A stretch of DNA of 64,000 bases from an uncultured Candidatus Saccharibacteria bacterium (GCA_964468795.1 CAYXWL010000001.1:147587-211586); one strand, 5' to 3'. Counted from the first letter of the stretch, positions 10,096 to 19,664 are shown. A program made the numbers and translations. The notes: generated by a model not told the origin, from the letters alone.

Positions 10096-10397
10096 TTTAT
10101 TTTTCTTATTTTAACAATTATGCCTCCTGTTATAGAGCCAATAATTGCATAAAAAACAAATGCTCCAAACAAAGCTCCCCAAAGATTTATAGGAAGGTGC
10201 GGAGCCACTGCTCGTACTAAAACTGAAAGCGCTCCCATTACATACAATGTCGGAAGCGACCAATATGGAAAACATATAAATTCACAATGAGTAGGCGCTC
10301 CGAACGGATAAAGAAATGAACTTATTGATATATAAAATAACACGCCGGCAACTGCTCCAATAAGCATATACTTTTTTACACCTGAAAGTTTAGTCAT
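10092..10397 (-). CDS. small hydrophobic membrane protein (hypothetical)
   Basis: 101-aa ORF with 3 predicted TM helices, overlapping ends with rpe and rpiB. Confidence 0.3.
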   Translation of the reverse strand: MTKLSGVKKYMLIGAVAGVLFYISISSFLYPFGAPTHCEFICFPYWSLPTLYVMGALSVLVRAVAPHLPINLWGALFGAFVFYAIIGSITGGIIVKIRKIK

Positions 10398-10836
10398 AGT
10401 TTTCTATTTTCTTAATTCTTCTTGCATGCCTTTCCTCTTCGGAAAAATTGGTTTTTAACCACAAGAGAACCGCATCTTTTGCTTCCATGGTAGTAATAAA
10501 ATGGGCAGCCAGAGAAAGTATATTTGCATCATTATGTTCTCGCGATAAAGTCAGTATATGCTTGTTCCCTCCATAAAAAACTGCACACCTGACATTTGAA
10601 AATCTGTTGCAAACAATAGCCTCGCCCTGTCCTGAAAATCCCAAGACAATACCCATGGATGCTGGGTCGTTGCTGACCTCCTTTGCTACTAGTGAAATGT
10701 AGTCAGGATAGTCATCATCATGATCATACTTTTTCGGACCGCAATCCTGTACATCGTATCCATTATCCAACAGAAAAGGAACCAAATCCTTTTTCAATAG
10801 ATACCCCGCATGATCTGAGCTAATATAGATTTTCAT
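10390..10836 (-). CDS. rpiB: ribose-5-phosphate isomerase B
   Basis: MKIYISSDHAGYLLKKDL… RpiB/LacAB family; start moved to ATG at 10836 because the longer ORF-track start would read through repeat E3. Confidence 0.8.
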   Translation of the reverse strand: MKIYISSDHAGYLLKKDLVPFLLDNGYDVQDCGPKKYDHDDDYPDYISLVAKEVSNDPASMGIVLGFSGQGEAIVCNRFSNVRCAVFYGGNKHILTLSREHNDANILSLAAHFITTMEAKDAVLLWLKTNFSEEERHARRIKKIENYD

Positions 10837-10879
10837 AAAAATATTATAGCAGAAATAATACGAAAAGAATCTCGTTGAG

Positions 10880-11077
10880 TCATAACTTTTTAGAGACCTC
10901 CGCAGACCTTGAGCTGGTTTAGTCAAGGTATTCTGCCTTGACTAAACCAGCTCAAGGTTGAGGTGAGAAGCGGAGCTTCGCAATACCTTGAGCAAAGTTT
11001 TGCGAAAGGTGTACGGCTCCTGTAAGGAGGAAGTGAGCGTAGCGCTGGCGGAGCGAACGGTCTCTAAAAAGTCATGA
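10880..11077. repeat. Family-1 TIR element copy E3 (198 nt, with a 23-bp internal perfect hairpin)
   Basis: Perfect 18-bp TIR tcataactttttagagac / gtctctaaaaagtcatga; internal perfect palindrome 10906..10958 (accttgagctggtttagtcaagg-tattctg-ccttgactaaaccagctcaaggt); begins 44 nt upstream of the rpiB ATG. Confidence 0.6.
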
Positions 11078-11110
11078 GGAGAAAGAGATTCCTTAGCAAA
11101 GAAAACAAAT

Positions 11111-12130
11111 TTATTTTATTGACTGACCTGTCTTTATCACATGATCGATGAGCATGTACGTATATCCCGCCTCGTTGTCATACCACGCCATAACTTTCAC
11201 AAGATTTCCTCCGACAACTCGCGTCATCTTGAGGTCTGCAATAGATCCATAGTGGCTTCCTAGTATGTCTGAAGAAACAAGCTCTTCATCAGTGGCAGAG
11301 AAAATATTTTTCCACCTATCAGAAGCAGCAGCCTTCCGCAACACGTCATTAACCTCCTCAGCATTAGTTTCTTTCTTTGAAATAAATGTAACATCTACTA
11401 TTGATCCTGCAGGTACTGGCACTCGGATAGAAATACCATCAAAGAGTCCCTCTAGTTTTGTAAAAGCTTTTGTTACAGCTATAGCTGCACCTGTAGATGA
11501 AGGCACAATGTTTTGTGCAGCAGCTCTTCCTTCTCGCAAATCCTTTTTAGATGGACCATCAACAAGAGCTTGTGAAGCTGTGTATCCATGAACAGTGTTC
11601 AAAATAGCTTTTTCAATGCCAAAGTTCTCATCAAGTATAGCGATGAGTGGCGAAGCGGCATTCGTAGTACATGACGCATTCGATGTTACATTGCATGTAC
11701 CAAACTTCTCCTCATTGACGCCCATGAGTATTGTCTCTCCCTTTTCTTCACCCCCTTTAGCTGGAGCAGAAATCACGACTTTCTTTGCACCTGCCTGCAG
11801 GTGTACGGATGCTTTTTCAAAATCCGTAAAAAGTCCTGTTGATTCAACTACGACATCAACTCCCAATTCGCCCCAAGGCAGTTTTGCCGGCTCTTTTTCA
11901 GAAACAAATTTTACTTTCCTACCATCAATTACCAAATCTCCATTATCTACCCTCACATCATGCTTCCATGTCTTGTAGACAGTGTCATACTTCAAAAGAT
12001 ACGCCATGTTATCTACGTTGCCCAAATCATTTACAGCAACAACTTCCATTTCCTCCCTGCCCCACGATTCCTTCAGAAACTGTCGTCCTATTCGTCCAAA
12101 TCCATTAATCGCAACTTTGATCTTCGCCAT
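11111..12130 (-). CDS. gap: glyceraldehyde-3-phosphate dehydrogenase
   Basis: NGFGRIGR NAD-binding motif and SCTTNA active-site motif. Confidence 0.9.
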   Translation of the reverse strand: MAKIKVAINGFGRIGRQFLKESWGREEMEVVAVNDLGNVDNMAYLLKYDTVYKTWKHDVRVDNGDLVIDGRKVKFVSEKEPAKLPWGELGVDVVVESTGLFTDFEKASVHLQAGAKKVVISAPAKGGEEKGETILMGVNEEKFGTCNVTSNASCTTNAASPLIAILDENFGIEKAILNTVHGYTASQALVDGPSKKDLREGRAAAQNIVPSSTGAAIAVTKAFTKLEGLFDGISIRVPVPAGSIVDVTFISKKETNAEEVNDVLRKAAASDRWKNIFSATDEELVSSDILGSHYGSIADLKMTRVVGGNLVKVMAWYDNEAGYTYMLIDHVIKTGQSIK

Positions 12131-12184
12131 TAGTTTGAAAATTTACAAAAGAATAATAAACAAATTATAACATAATATTACTAC

Positions 12185-12211
12185 AAAAAAACCGGTTTAT
12201 CCGGTTTTTTT
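12185..12211. terminator. bidirectional terminator between nrdB and gap
   Basis: A-run, accgg-tttat-ccggt hairpin, T-run. Confidence 0.6.
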
Positions 12212-12213
12212 GC

Positions 12214-13233
12214 TTATTCCATTGTTGGAGATTGTGGAGCTTCTTTTTTGTGTCCGCTGGCATTATTGTCCACTTCGTAGCTTGTGTTCTGAGACTCAAA
12301 GAAGTTTACCAGCTCAAACACATCGGTCGCTGTACTCATCCATTTTGCAGGGTTTGTCACGTTGTAATACTTTGGAAGTCCGAGCTCTGTAAGTCGTCTG
12401 TCAGCTACGTATTGCACGTATTGGTTTACATAGTCAGCATTGAGTCCCAAGATTCCATTTGGGAAAAGGTCTTTATTGTACTGGGTTTCAAGGTCAACAC
12501 CTTCAATGATGATGTTTCGGATCTCTGCTGCGAATTCTTCTGTCAAAAGCTCAGGATTCTCTTCCAAGATATTGTGGACCAAATTTATTCCGAACTTCAA
12601 GTGAAGAGACTCGTCTCGCAGAACCCAGTTTATCATGGATCCAAAGTTTCTTAGCTGATTTCTCTGCCTGAAGGAAAGCATAACCATGAATCCTGAATAG
12701 AACCAAGTTCCTTCCATCACGACATTATATGCAACAAGATTTCTAATGAATTCCTTCTTGCCTTCTACAGTGTCAATATCGAGCCTTTCATCAGTCATCC
12801 TCTTCAGATACCTCATGATATATGCCTCCTTTGCTTTCATTGAAGGCACCTCAAGGTGAGTGTTGTAAACCTTGTTTCTATCGAAAGGAAAAGTTTCAAG
12901 CACATACTCAAAAGCTACACAGTGGTTGGCTTCTTCCCACATCTGCTTTGCCAAGTATAGGTGAGCTTCCGGAGATTTTAGATACGGATATACTCCAAGA
13001 GCCAGAACCCTGTTTACGATAAGCTCGGCAGGGTTAAAGAATGACATGATGAACTCAACTGCGTGCCTTTCATCTTCTGTCATCTTTGAAAAATCCTCCA
13101 AATCCTCCTTTAGGGCGATTTCGTGAGGAAACCAAGTATTTCTTACAGCCTGATTATACAAATCATATGCCCATTGATATTTGATTGGGTGGAGATTAAC
13201 GTCCTCGGGTGAAGCTTTTCCTATAAGTGACAT
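12214..13233 (-). CDS. nrdB: ribonucleotide reductase class I beta subunit
   Basis: Ferritin-like R2 with di-iron ligand motifs (…EANHCVAFEY…). Confidence 0.85.
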   Translation of the reverse strand: MSLIGKASPEDVNLHPIKYQWAYDLYNQAVRNTWFPHEIALKEDLEDFSKMTEDERHAVEFIMSFFNPAELIVNRVLALGVYPYLKSPEAHLYLAKQMWEEANHCVAFEYVLETFPFDRNKVYNTHLEVPSMKAKEAYIMRYLKRMTDERLDIDTVEGKKEFIRNLVAYNVVMEGTWFYSGFMVMLSFRQRNQLRNFGSMINWVLRDESLHLKFGINLVHNILEENPELLTEEFAAEIRNIIIEGVDLETQYNKDLFPNGILGLNADYVNQYVQYVADRRLTELGLPKYYNVTNPAKWMSTATDVFELVNFFESQNTSYEVDNNASGHKKEAPQSPTME

Positions 13234-13406
13234 GTGATTAATTGTTTAGAACTTCCATATTTGGCCAATTTCTTTGTCGGAGTTTAAAAAATAATTCTCA
13301 TCTTATATTTATAAGCCTCGAATTATTTTTCTCCTCCTTCGCGAACTTGGCTCAAATCTGAAAGTTCGTGATTTTGTTATTAATAAATTTTCGACTATTG
13401 TAATTC

Positions 13407-16217
13407 TTACTGACAGCTTATGCAAACGAGTCCTTCATCTTCCGCCGGGTCCTCCGGTCCAACAACTGAACTGCTTGTTTTCTGAACAGGTACTTGTTCA
13501 TGCGAATGAGAAACAGCTTCTACTCTTACTTCTTCCTCCACTCTCTGATAAGCTGGCTCTTCTATCTTATTTGTTGGTGCAGGAGAACGTGTAGCAATAT
13601 TTTCAGCTACTGGGCTTGTAGAGATAATCATCTCCTCGCGAACCATTTCTGTAACCACAGTTGCAGGAGCGGGATCATTTGTGAGAGTTGGCTGGTTTAC
13701 TGTTACAGTTTCCGAAACAATAGTTTCAACCCGTGTCACAGTCTCAGGAGTAGTATGAGCAAAAGTCTGAGCTGGCATATCCATTGTAAGAGATTTTTGC
13801 AATGGAGCAGAAAATGCTGGAGAGTTTGAGAAATTCAAAGCTCCGAATCCAACCTTTCCTATCTTTGCCGCCTTGTTTACGTTTGTTGTCGACTGCTCTG
13901 CGGTATGCCTTGGCTTCATGTGGAGATAGTAAGTGGACTTAAGTCCTTTTTCCCATGCAGTATTGTATATCTTCATTGTCTCATCTATGTCTCTCGTCTC
14001 AAGATACATATTTCTAGACAAGGCTTGGTCAACCCACTTCTGAGCTCTGGCCGCTACTTCTATGTACGCATAAGGTGAAGTGGTAAATGAAGTCTTGTAA
14101 ATATCTTTTATGTGCTGAGGAATACCGGCAATACCGCTGATGTCTCCTTGATTTTCAATAATAGCTTCTTTGACATCATCCCAGATTCCCATGTTCTTTA
14201 GATCCTTTACGAGATTGTGGTTTATGTCTAGATACTTTCCTGAAATTTTATTTCGAGAAAATACTTGAGCAAATCGAGCGTCAATCCCCGGAGTCGTAGC
14301 GGCCACAAGTCCTATGTTTGCATTTGGAGCAACAGCCATGAGAGTAGCATTTCGCATTCCCTTTTTAACTTTTTCTCGCAAGATATCCCAATTAAGCCCC
14401 TTGTGCTTTGATACCTTTGAAACTGTCAGTTCTCTTCCTCTATCTGCCTCAAGTTTTGCGATTGAATCTACCGGAACTTTGCCTTTTGACCACTCAGAAC
14501 CTTGGAAATGAGTATATGAGCCTCTTTCCTGTGCCAAATTTGCCGATTCATCTATCGCCATATATGAAATAAATTCAAATATCCTGTCAGCAAAATCCCA
14601 AGCATGAGGAGAATCGTATGACATTCCAAGCTGTTCGATAGTATCTGAAAATCCCATAACTCCCAGTCCGATTGCGCGATTCTCTTTGTCTGACTTTGCA
14701 GCTTCCGGAATAGGAAGAACGTTTATATCAATGAGGTTATCAAGCTGTCTTATGGCAAGCCTTACAGACTCTTCTAGCTTTGCCCAATTTACTTCTCTGT
14801 TTTTAATATGAGCAGCGAGGTTTAGAGACGCGAGGTTACAAACGGCTACATTGTCCCTGTCCTGAGGCAAGCAGATCTCAGTACACAAGTTGGACATATG
14901 TATTGTTCCAGTGTTGTTGTTCAGAGCTCTTAGGTTTATGGTGTCTTTCCATGTAAGCCAAGGATGTGATGTAGCCTGCAGAGCAACCAAAATCTGCCTG
15001 AACTGTTCTGATGCTGGAACTTTTTTAAAAACTCTAAGTTTTCCAGCTTCCGCCATTTCAATGTACTCTGCATATCTTTTGGCAAAAGCTTGTCCGTAAA
15101 GCTCGTTTAGATCTGGTGTTTCGGCCGGATCGAACATGTACCATTCCTCGCCAGAATTAACTCTTCTCATGAACTCGTCAGACATGAATACAGCCGTGTT
15201 TGCCGTTCTCATTCTCATATAATCGTCGCCAGCATTGTGCTTCCAGTCAATGTATTCAGGAAAATCTATATGCCAGTTCTCCATGTAGAAACAAAGTGCG
15301 CCTTTTTTCTTTCCTCCTCGCTGAATAGCTCGTATAGCAGTATCAATGACTTTTGCGAATGGTGTCGGGCCAGTAGACGTTCCTCCTCCAGAAGTCTTTA
15401 GCGGAGAGCCTGATGCTCTGAGCTTTGTAACAGATGCCCCGATTCCTCCTGATCCTTTTGAAAGCATCATTACGTCTGCTACTGACTTTGCGATATGAGC
15501 CATGTCATCTTGGATTTCCAAAAGATAGCAGTTAGATAGTGCTGGGTTTATTTTTCCTGCAGCAAGATTGGTTGATCCTCCGGCCACATACTCGAGTTTT
15601 GACATCTTATTGTAGAACTTTTTAGCCATCTCTGTCGGATTCTTCTCATGGTAGGACAGTCCCATGGCGATTCGCATGAAAAAATACTGCGGAGTCTCGA
15701 GCGGTTTCTGATTTACATCCTTTATAAGATACCTATTTATCAGCCCATCAAGTCCGGCATACTGAAAAAGCTCATCTCTTTCAAGCTTTAACTCTTTTGA
15801 AAGAGCAGTTAGGTCATATTTTGCCTTCATGTTTGGATGAAGTTTTCCGTTCGCTACATTTTCTTCTATATAAGCGATAAAGCTTGATGCGTGCTTTGCA
15901 GAAAATGTTTCGAACTCGTCGTTTGTGTGGAAATCTTTTACAACCTGCCTGTAAACGGTCTTAAGGAGAAGCCTTTTGGCTACAATATCATATTCTATAT
16001 CCTCTTTTATGTTCTGGACTGCTGCGTTTATCGTAGCCTGATCCATTTCATCAGTAGTGATTCCATCATAAAGGGTAAGTTGAGTTTCAGTAGCAATCTG
16101 AGTCACCTTTGAAACCGGATCAAACAGGCCACGGCAAGCTCTTTCTATGGAGCGGTTAATTTTATCTGCATTAAATGGCTCTCTTTTGCCGTCATGGCGT
16201 GTGACCGTTAGACTCAT
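13407..16217 (-). CDS. nrdA: ribonucleotide reductase class I alpha subunit with long C-terminal tail
   Basis: N-terminal ATP-cone, NLCTEI active-site region, C-terminal CISCQ redox pair; about 170-aa Thr/Val/Pro-rich C-terminal extension. Confidence 0.9.
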   Translation of the reverse strand: MSLTVTRHDGKREPFNADKINRSIERACRGLFDPVSKVTQIATETQLTLYDGITTDEMDQATINAAVQNIKEDIEYDIVAKRLLLKTVYRQVVKDFHTNDEFETFSAKHASSFIAYIEENVANGKLHPNMKAKYDLTALSKELKLERDELFQYAGLDGLINRYLIKDVNQKPLETPQYFFMRIAMGLSYHEKNPTEMAKKFYNKMSKLEYVAGGSTNLAAGKINPALSNCYLLEIQDDMAHIAKSVADVMMLSKGSGGIGASVTKLRASGSPLKTSGGGTSTGPTPFAKVIDTAIRAIQRGGKKKGALCFYMENWHIDFPEYIDWKHNAGDDYMRMRTANTAVFMSDEFMRRVNSGEEWYMFDPAETPDLNELYGQAFAKRYAEYIEMAEAGKLRVFKKVPASEQFRQILVALQATSHPWLTWKDTINLRALNNNTGTIHMSNLCTEICLPQDRDNVAVCNLASLNLAAHIKNREVNWAKLEESVRLAIRQLDNLIDINVLPIPEAAKSDKENRAIGLGVMGFSDTIEQLGMSYDSPHAWDFADRIFEFISYMAIDESANLAQERGSYTHFQGSEWSKGKVPVDSIAKLEADRGRELTVSKVSKHKGLNWDILREKVKKGMRNATLMAVAPNANIGLVAATTPGIDARFAQVFSRNKISGKYLDINHNLVKDLKNMGIWDDVKEAIIENQGDISGIAGIPQHIKDIYKTSFTTSPYAYIEVAARAQKWVDQALSRNMYLETRDIDETMKIYNTAWEKGLKSTYYLHMKPRHTAEQSTTNVNKAAKIGKVGFGALNFSNSPAFSAPLQKSLTMDMPAQTFAHTTPETVTRVETIVSETVTVNQPTLTNDPAPATVVTEMVREEMIISTSPVAENIATRSPAPTNKIEEPAYQRVEEEVRVEAVSHSHEQVPVQKTSSSVVGPEDPAEDEGLVCISCQ

Positions 16218-16464
16218 TTTTTTAATTTATTAAAAAATTGCTAATAATTCCCTTTATTTCCCCACTTTTTAAAAAAATTTGACGATTTTTTCAAAAAAAT
16301 TAGAAAATTTTAAAAAAATCATCAAAAGTCTTAAAATTTGTTTAATCAATTATATGATAGCGAGTATGAAAGATTACTGTGGATAAATAGCAAAAAATCC
16401 ATCAAGAAATAAAAAAATTTTTATGTAAAGTGCGGTGCCAAAATAGGTTTAAAGTGAGGCGTTT

Positions 16465-16923
16465 TTATCGCCTGTTTCTGAAAAAGCTTACTTGGTCGCC
16501 AATTTTAAGTCCGAGATAGTCCGATACTCCAGCATTAACCTCTATAACGTACTTCGAAGGCAGAGTTGAAGAGTACTCCTTTGGATATGTCTCTGGCGCA
16601 AGCCATCTCTCTATATGAGTTATGCGCATATCTTCGCTGACCCATATTATGTCGAGAGGGAAATTCATGTCTTTCATCCAAAACTTGTATATGTCAGGCT
16701 TGTCGAATATAAAAATCATACCCTGATTTAAAGCTAGTGGATTGTGTTCAGATAAACCTTTTTCCCGCAAGAAATCCGTATCTGCAACTTCCATTTGAAA
16801 AACTTTTCCTCCCATTTTTACCGCAAAATCATATCTAAAGAGAGATAGTGCCAATATTATTAGAGCTGAAACTGCAAGGAACAGCCCTCCAATAATAAAA
16901 GGTTTTTTATACTTCATATACAT
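16465..16923 (-). CDS. DUF192 family protein (membrane-anchored)
   Basis: N-terminal TM, conserved DUF192-like M.F.FD...P.D..W core. Confidence 0.55.
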   Translation of the reverse strand: MYMKYKKPFIIGGLFLAVSALIILALSLFRYDFAVKMGGKVFQMEVADTDFLREKGLSEHNPLALNQGMIFIFDKPDIYKFWMKDMNFPLDIIWVSEDMRITHIERWLAPETYPKEYSSTLPSKYVIEVNAGVSDYLGLKIGDQVSFFRNRR

Positions 16924-16941
16924 ATTGTATCATTTCACAGC

Positions 16942-16972
16942 AAAAAACCACAGATTGCTCTGTGGTTTTTTG
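16942..16972. terminator. bidirectional terminator
   Basis: aaaaaaccacag-attgctc-tgtggtttttt. Confidence 0.6.
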
Positions 16973-16991
16973 CGAGATAACTCGGTGAGTA

Positions 16992-17303
16992 TTACCAAGT
17001 TCGGCCTCCTCGGTCGCCTCCATTGCTGAAACCGCCTGTTCGTGGAGCTCGAGGTTCCATAGGTCGTGCTTCATTTACTGTAAGCTTTCGTCCTTCTAGT
17101 TCCTGACCATTCCACATTGAGATTGCAGCATCAGCCTCTGCATCAGAAGACATTTCTACGAAACCGAATCCTTTTGATCGGCCTGTCATCTTGTCCATGA
17201 TGATAGTTGCAGAAACAACTGTTCCTGCCTTAGCGAATGCATCTCTTAGCGCATCCTGTGATGTCGCATAAGCAATTCCTCCAACGTACAACTTCTTTGC
17301 CAT
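16992..17303 (-). CDS. RRM-type RNA-binding protein
   Basis: RNP-2 LYVGGI and RNP-1 KGFGFVEM motifs with a Gly/Arg-rich tail. Confidence 0.8.
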   Translation of the reverse strand: MAKKLYVGGIAYATSQDALRDAFAKAGTVVSATIIMDKMTGRSKGFGFVEMSSDAEADAAISMWNGQELEGRKLTVNEARPMEPRAPRTGGFSNGGDRGGRTW

Positions 17304-17545
17304 TATATTTTACCTAGTCTTTATTTTAAAACTGTAAGGCGACTAGCTCTCTCCTTTTCCCCGCTTGCGCACGAAAACCTATGAGAAACTTACATTAGCA
17401 ATATTATATCACTAAAGTAGATGAGAAGTCAATGAAGATTTTAAGGAGCTCTACGTAGCCACAATTACAGCTAAAAGTGGATAAGTACCGCTATTTTATT
17501 TGATTCCCTAAAGTCTACAGGTGTAAAATTATGAAAGGAGGGTCC

Positions 17546-17752
17546 ATGACGGTTCACGACCTCGACCCCAGCGTTCTCCCCCCACTTCTCTACATCTGGA
17601 CCTCTATGGGCCAGGAAACAATGTGCCACCACGACTACTTCAGAGGCATGCGCACTGATGACAGTGGCAACATGTACCTGGGATCAGCAAAGGTCTACAG
17701 AATCGAGGAGGCTAACGGTTCCTCGAGATGCAGTTTCTGCCCTCGCCAGTAA
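17546..17752 (+). CDS. hypothetical small Cys-containing protein (GC-rich, GGAGG RBS)
   Basis: About 58% GC ORF preceded by AAAGGAGGGTCC-ATG; no homology recognised; followed by a GC-rich hairpin. Confidence 0.3.
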   Translation: MTVHDLDPSVLPPLLYIWTSMGQETMCHHDYFRGMRTDDSGNMYLGSAKVYRIEEANGSSRCSFCPRQ

Positions 17753-17757
17753 CAAAG

Positions 17758-17785
17758 AAGAGCCCCGGCTACAACCGGGGCTCTT
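17758..17785. terminator. GC-rich hairpin (terminator-like)
   Basis: aagagccccgg-ctacaa-ccggggctctt between convergent genes. Confidence 0.4.
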
Positions 17786-17788
17786 AAC

Positions 17789-18472
17789 TTATTTAACTGT
17801 AACTTTTTTCATTACTACAGGACTTACAGGCATATCGTTTGGCCCAGTCTTCACATTTGCAATTGTATCAACTACATCCTGGCCGGAGACGACCTTCCCA
17901 AAAATCGTGTAATTATGCGGAAGCTGGTTATCTTCATGCATTATGAAAAACTGGCTTCCGTTCGTGTTTGGTCCTGCGTTGGCCATTGCAACAACTCCCC
18001 GTTTGTATCCCTGAACATACGAAGGCGTATTTGGATCAAGCTCGTCAGCAAATGTGTAGCCTGGTCCACCTGTTCCATTGCCTTTTGGATCTCCGCCTTG
18101 AATCATAAAACCCTTTATAACCCTGTGAAATGTAAGACCGTTATAGAACCCTTTATTAGCCAAGGTAACAAAATTGCTTACTGTCTTTGGGGCATCATTG
18201 TCGTATGTCTCGATGACTATTTTCCCGTAATTGGTTTCGATGGTGATCATGTGTGATTTTTTATTGTTAGTTGTTGTTACTGTAGAAGTACTGTCTTGCG
18301 TAGTGTTGCCCAAAACATTTTCTGATTTTGTACTAGATGCAGTGCTTGTACTGTATGTATAGCTCGTATCTACCAAGGAGAAATCTTTGTTTGGAGCCTT
18401 GCCAGATAAAAAATAATATAAGCCGACTGAAGCAAGACCGACTAAGACAATGCTGATTATTATATTTTTCAT
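17789..18472 (-). CDS. cyclophilin-type peptidyl-prolyl cis-trans isomerase, membrane-anchored
   Basis: N-terminal TM, Ser/Thr-rich linker, cyclophilin core (HRVIKGFMIQGGDP…GTGG). Confidence 0.85.
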   Translation of the reverse strand: MKNIIISIVLVGLASVGLYYFLSGKAPNKDFSLVDTSYTYSTSTASSTKSENVLGNTTQDSTSTVTTTNNKKSHMITIETNYGKIVIETYDNDAPKTVSNFVTLANKGFYNGLTFHRVIKGFMIQGGDPKGNGTGGPGYTFADELDPNTPSYVQGYKRGVVAMANAGPNTNGSQFFIMHEDNQLPHNYTIFGKVVSGQDVVDTIANVKTGPNDMPVSPVVMKKVTVK

Positions 18473-18619
18473 AATTTAAATATTGTATAGAAACATTATG
18501 AAGCAGGCTTAAAATATTGTCTATTTTCTCAAATAATATTGAATATTGACTTTTTTTTAAAATAGGTTAGTATTGGCCTCTGTATCCCAGATTCCCTGGG
18601 AGGTTCTTTGGGAGGAAAG

Positions 18620-19483
18620 ATGAGACTCAAGTTTGTAATGAAAGTTCTCGCTCTGTTTTTGCTCGTTGTCCTCGTGGACATGAGCCGAGCTGAAGCGACC
18701 GGCATCGACGTGAACGTCTTCACTGCACTGGCACCCAACGCGTACGGCTCGCCGAGCTTTGCGGGCTGGCAGGCGAACGCCGTGACCTCGATGGAAAACG
18801 GCGGGGCCTCTCAGGGCACTGCCGGCACACCGACGTACTTCGAGACTGTCTCGAACATTACGTCGGATCAGGCCATCGTCACGGGCTTCCCGTCATGGAT
18901 GGGATCAGCTGACCCGGGCACGGTCTACGGCCCCGCGTTCGCAAGCGAACTCGGCAACCGCATGACGTTCCCTCTCTGGGTGAACGGCAATGGTAACCAG
19001 TTCGCAATTGGCGACCTCGGATTCGACGCAACCAGCACGGATCCGTTCAACGCACTTGCGTTCTCGTTCGCGCCTGGCGGGTACAACTACTCGTCGGCGT
19101 ACGTCGGACTCGATTACGGTGCTGACGGTGTGAAGGGCACGGCGGATGACAACTGGATCACGAGCGGCTCGAACACCCAACTCGTCAACGAGCTTTACGG
19201 CCGTGGCAGTGGCAATTCGTTTGCTGCCTACTGCCCGCTCTGCAGTCTCTCGAATCAGCAGACCGCAATCAACGATGCTGCGGCATATCCGGGAACGCCG
19301 TTCACGTTCACAGGTATGTACTACCTGTTGTCCGGGAACCAACGTCTCGGACAAGGATCAGCAACCTTCAATATCGGAGTTCCCGGTGGTGAAGGTACGG
19401 CGCCTGTTCCCGAACCGGCATCAATAGTGCTTCTGGGCACTGGCCTCCTCGGCACCTCGTTCCTTCGTCGCAAGAAAAGCTAA
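18620..19483 (+). CDS. PEP-CTERM sorting-signal protein (about 60% GC, compositionally foreign)
   Basis: Signal peptide, Gly/Ala/Thr/Asn-rich body, C-terminal VPEPASIVLLGTGLLGTSFLRRKKS (PEP motif + TM + basic tail); GGGAGGAAAG-ATG RBS; start taken at the second ATG (18620) because of the RBS. Confidence 0.7.
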   Translation: MRLKFVMKVLALFLLVVLVDMSRAEATGIDVNVFTALAPNAYGSPSFAGWQANAVTSMENGGASQGTAGTPTYFETVSNITSDQAIVTGFPSWMGSADPGTVYGPAFASELGNRMTFPLWVNGNGNQFAIGDLGFDATSTDPFNALAFSFAPGGYNYSSAYVGLDYGADGVKGTADDNWITSGSNTQLVNELYGRGSGNSFAAYCPLCSLSNQQTAINDAAAYPGTPFTFTGMYYLLSGNQRLGQGSATFNIGVPGGEGTAPVPEPASIVLLGTGLLGTSFLRRKKS

Positions 19484-19500
19484 GACGCAGGAACCACGCT

Positions 19501-19537
19501 ATGGCGTGCATCCCTCAGGGATGCACGCCATTTTTCA
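19501..19537 (+). terminator. rho-independent terminator of the PEP-CTERM gene
   Basis: 14-bp GC-rich stem atggcgtgcatccc-tca-gggatgcacgccat followed by TTTTT. Confidence 0.7.
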
Positions 19538-19592
19538 TATCCAGACAAAAAATTACAACTACGTTTTATATGTGCGGGATACTGGAATATTG

Positions 19593-19664
19593 TGCGATCG
19601 ATGGGAATCGAACCCATACCCTATGCTTGGGAAGCACAGATTCTACCACTAAACCACGATCGCA
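19593..19664 (-). tRNA. tRNA-Gly (anticodon CCC)
   Basis: Cloverleaf folded by hand: 7-bp acceptor stem, TTCGATT T-loop, anticodon loop TTCCCAA. Confidence 0.7.

Noticed and set aside
10837-10926. N-terminal 30-aa extension of rpiB in the ORF track
   Set aside because: The extension reads through repeat E3; the conserved RpiB N-terminus (MKIYISSDHAGY) begins at the internal ATG 10836.
7479-12130. Split transketolase / pentose-phosphate-glycolysis cluster as a novelty
   Set aside because: Split tktA/tktB and this reduced sugar-phosphate gene set are the ordinary arrangement in small-genome lineages.
16218-16464. NrdR boxes or riboswitch upstream of nrdA
   Set aside because: AT-rich with A-tracts, but no convincing 16-bp NrdR-box palindrome pair or conserved riboswitch core was seen.
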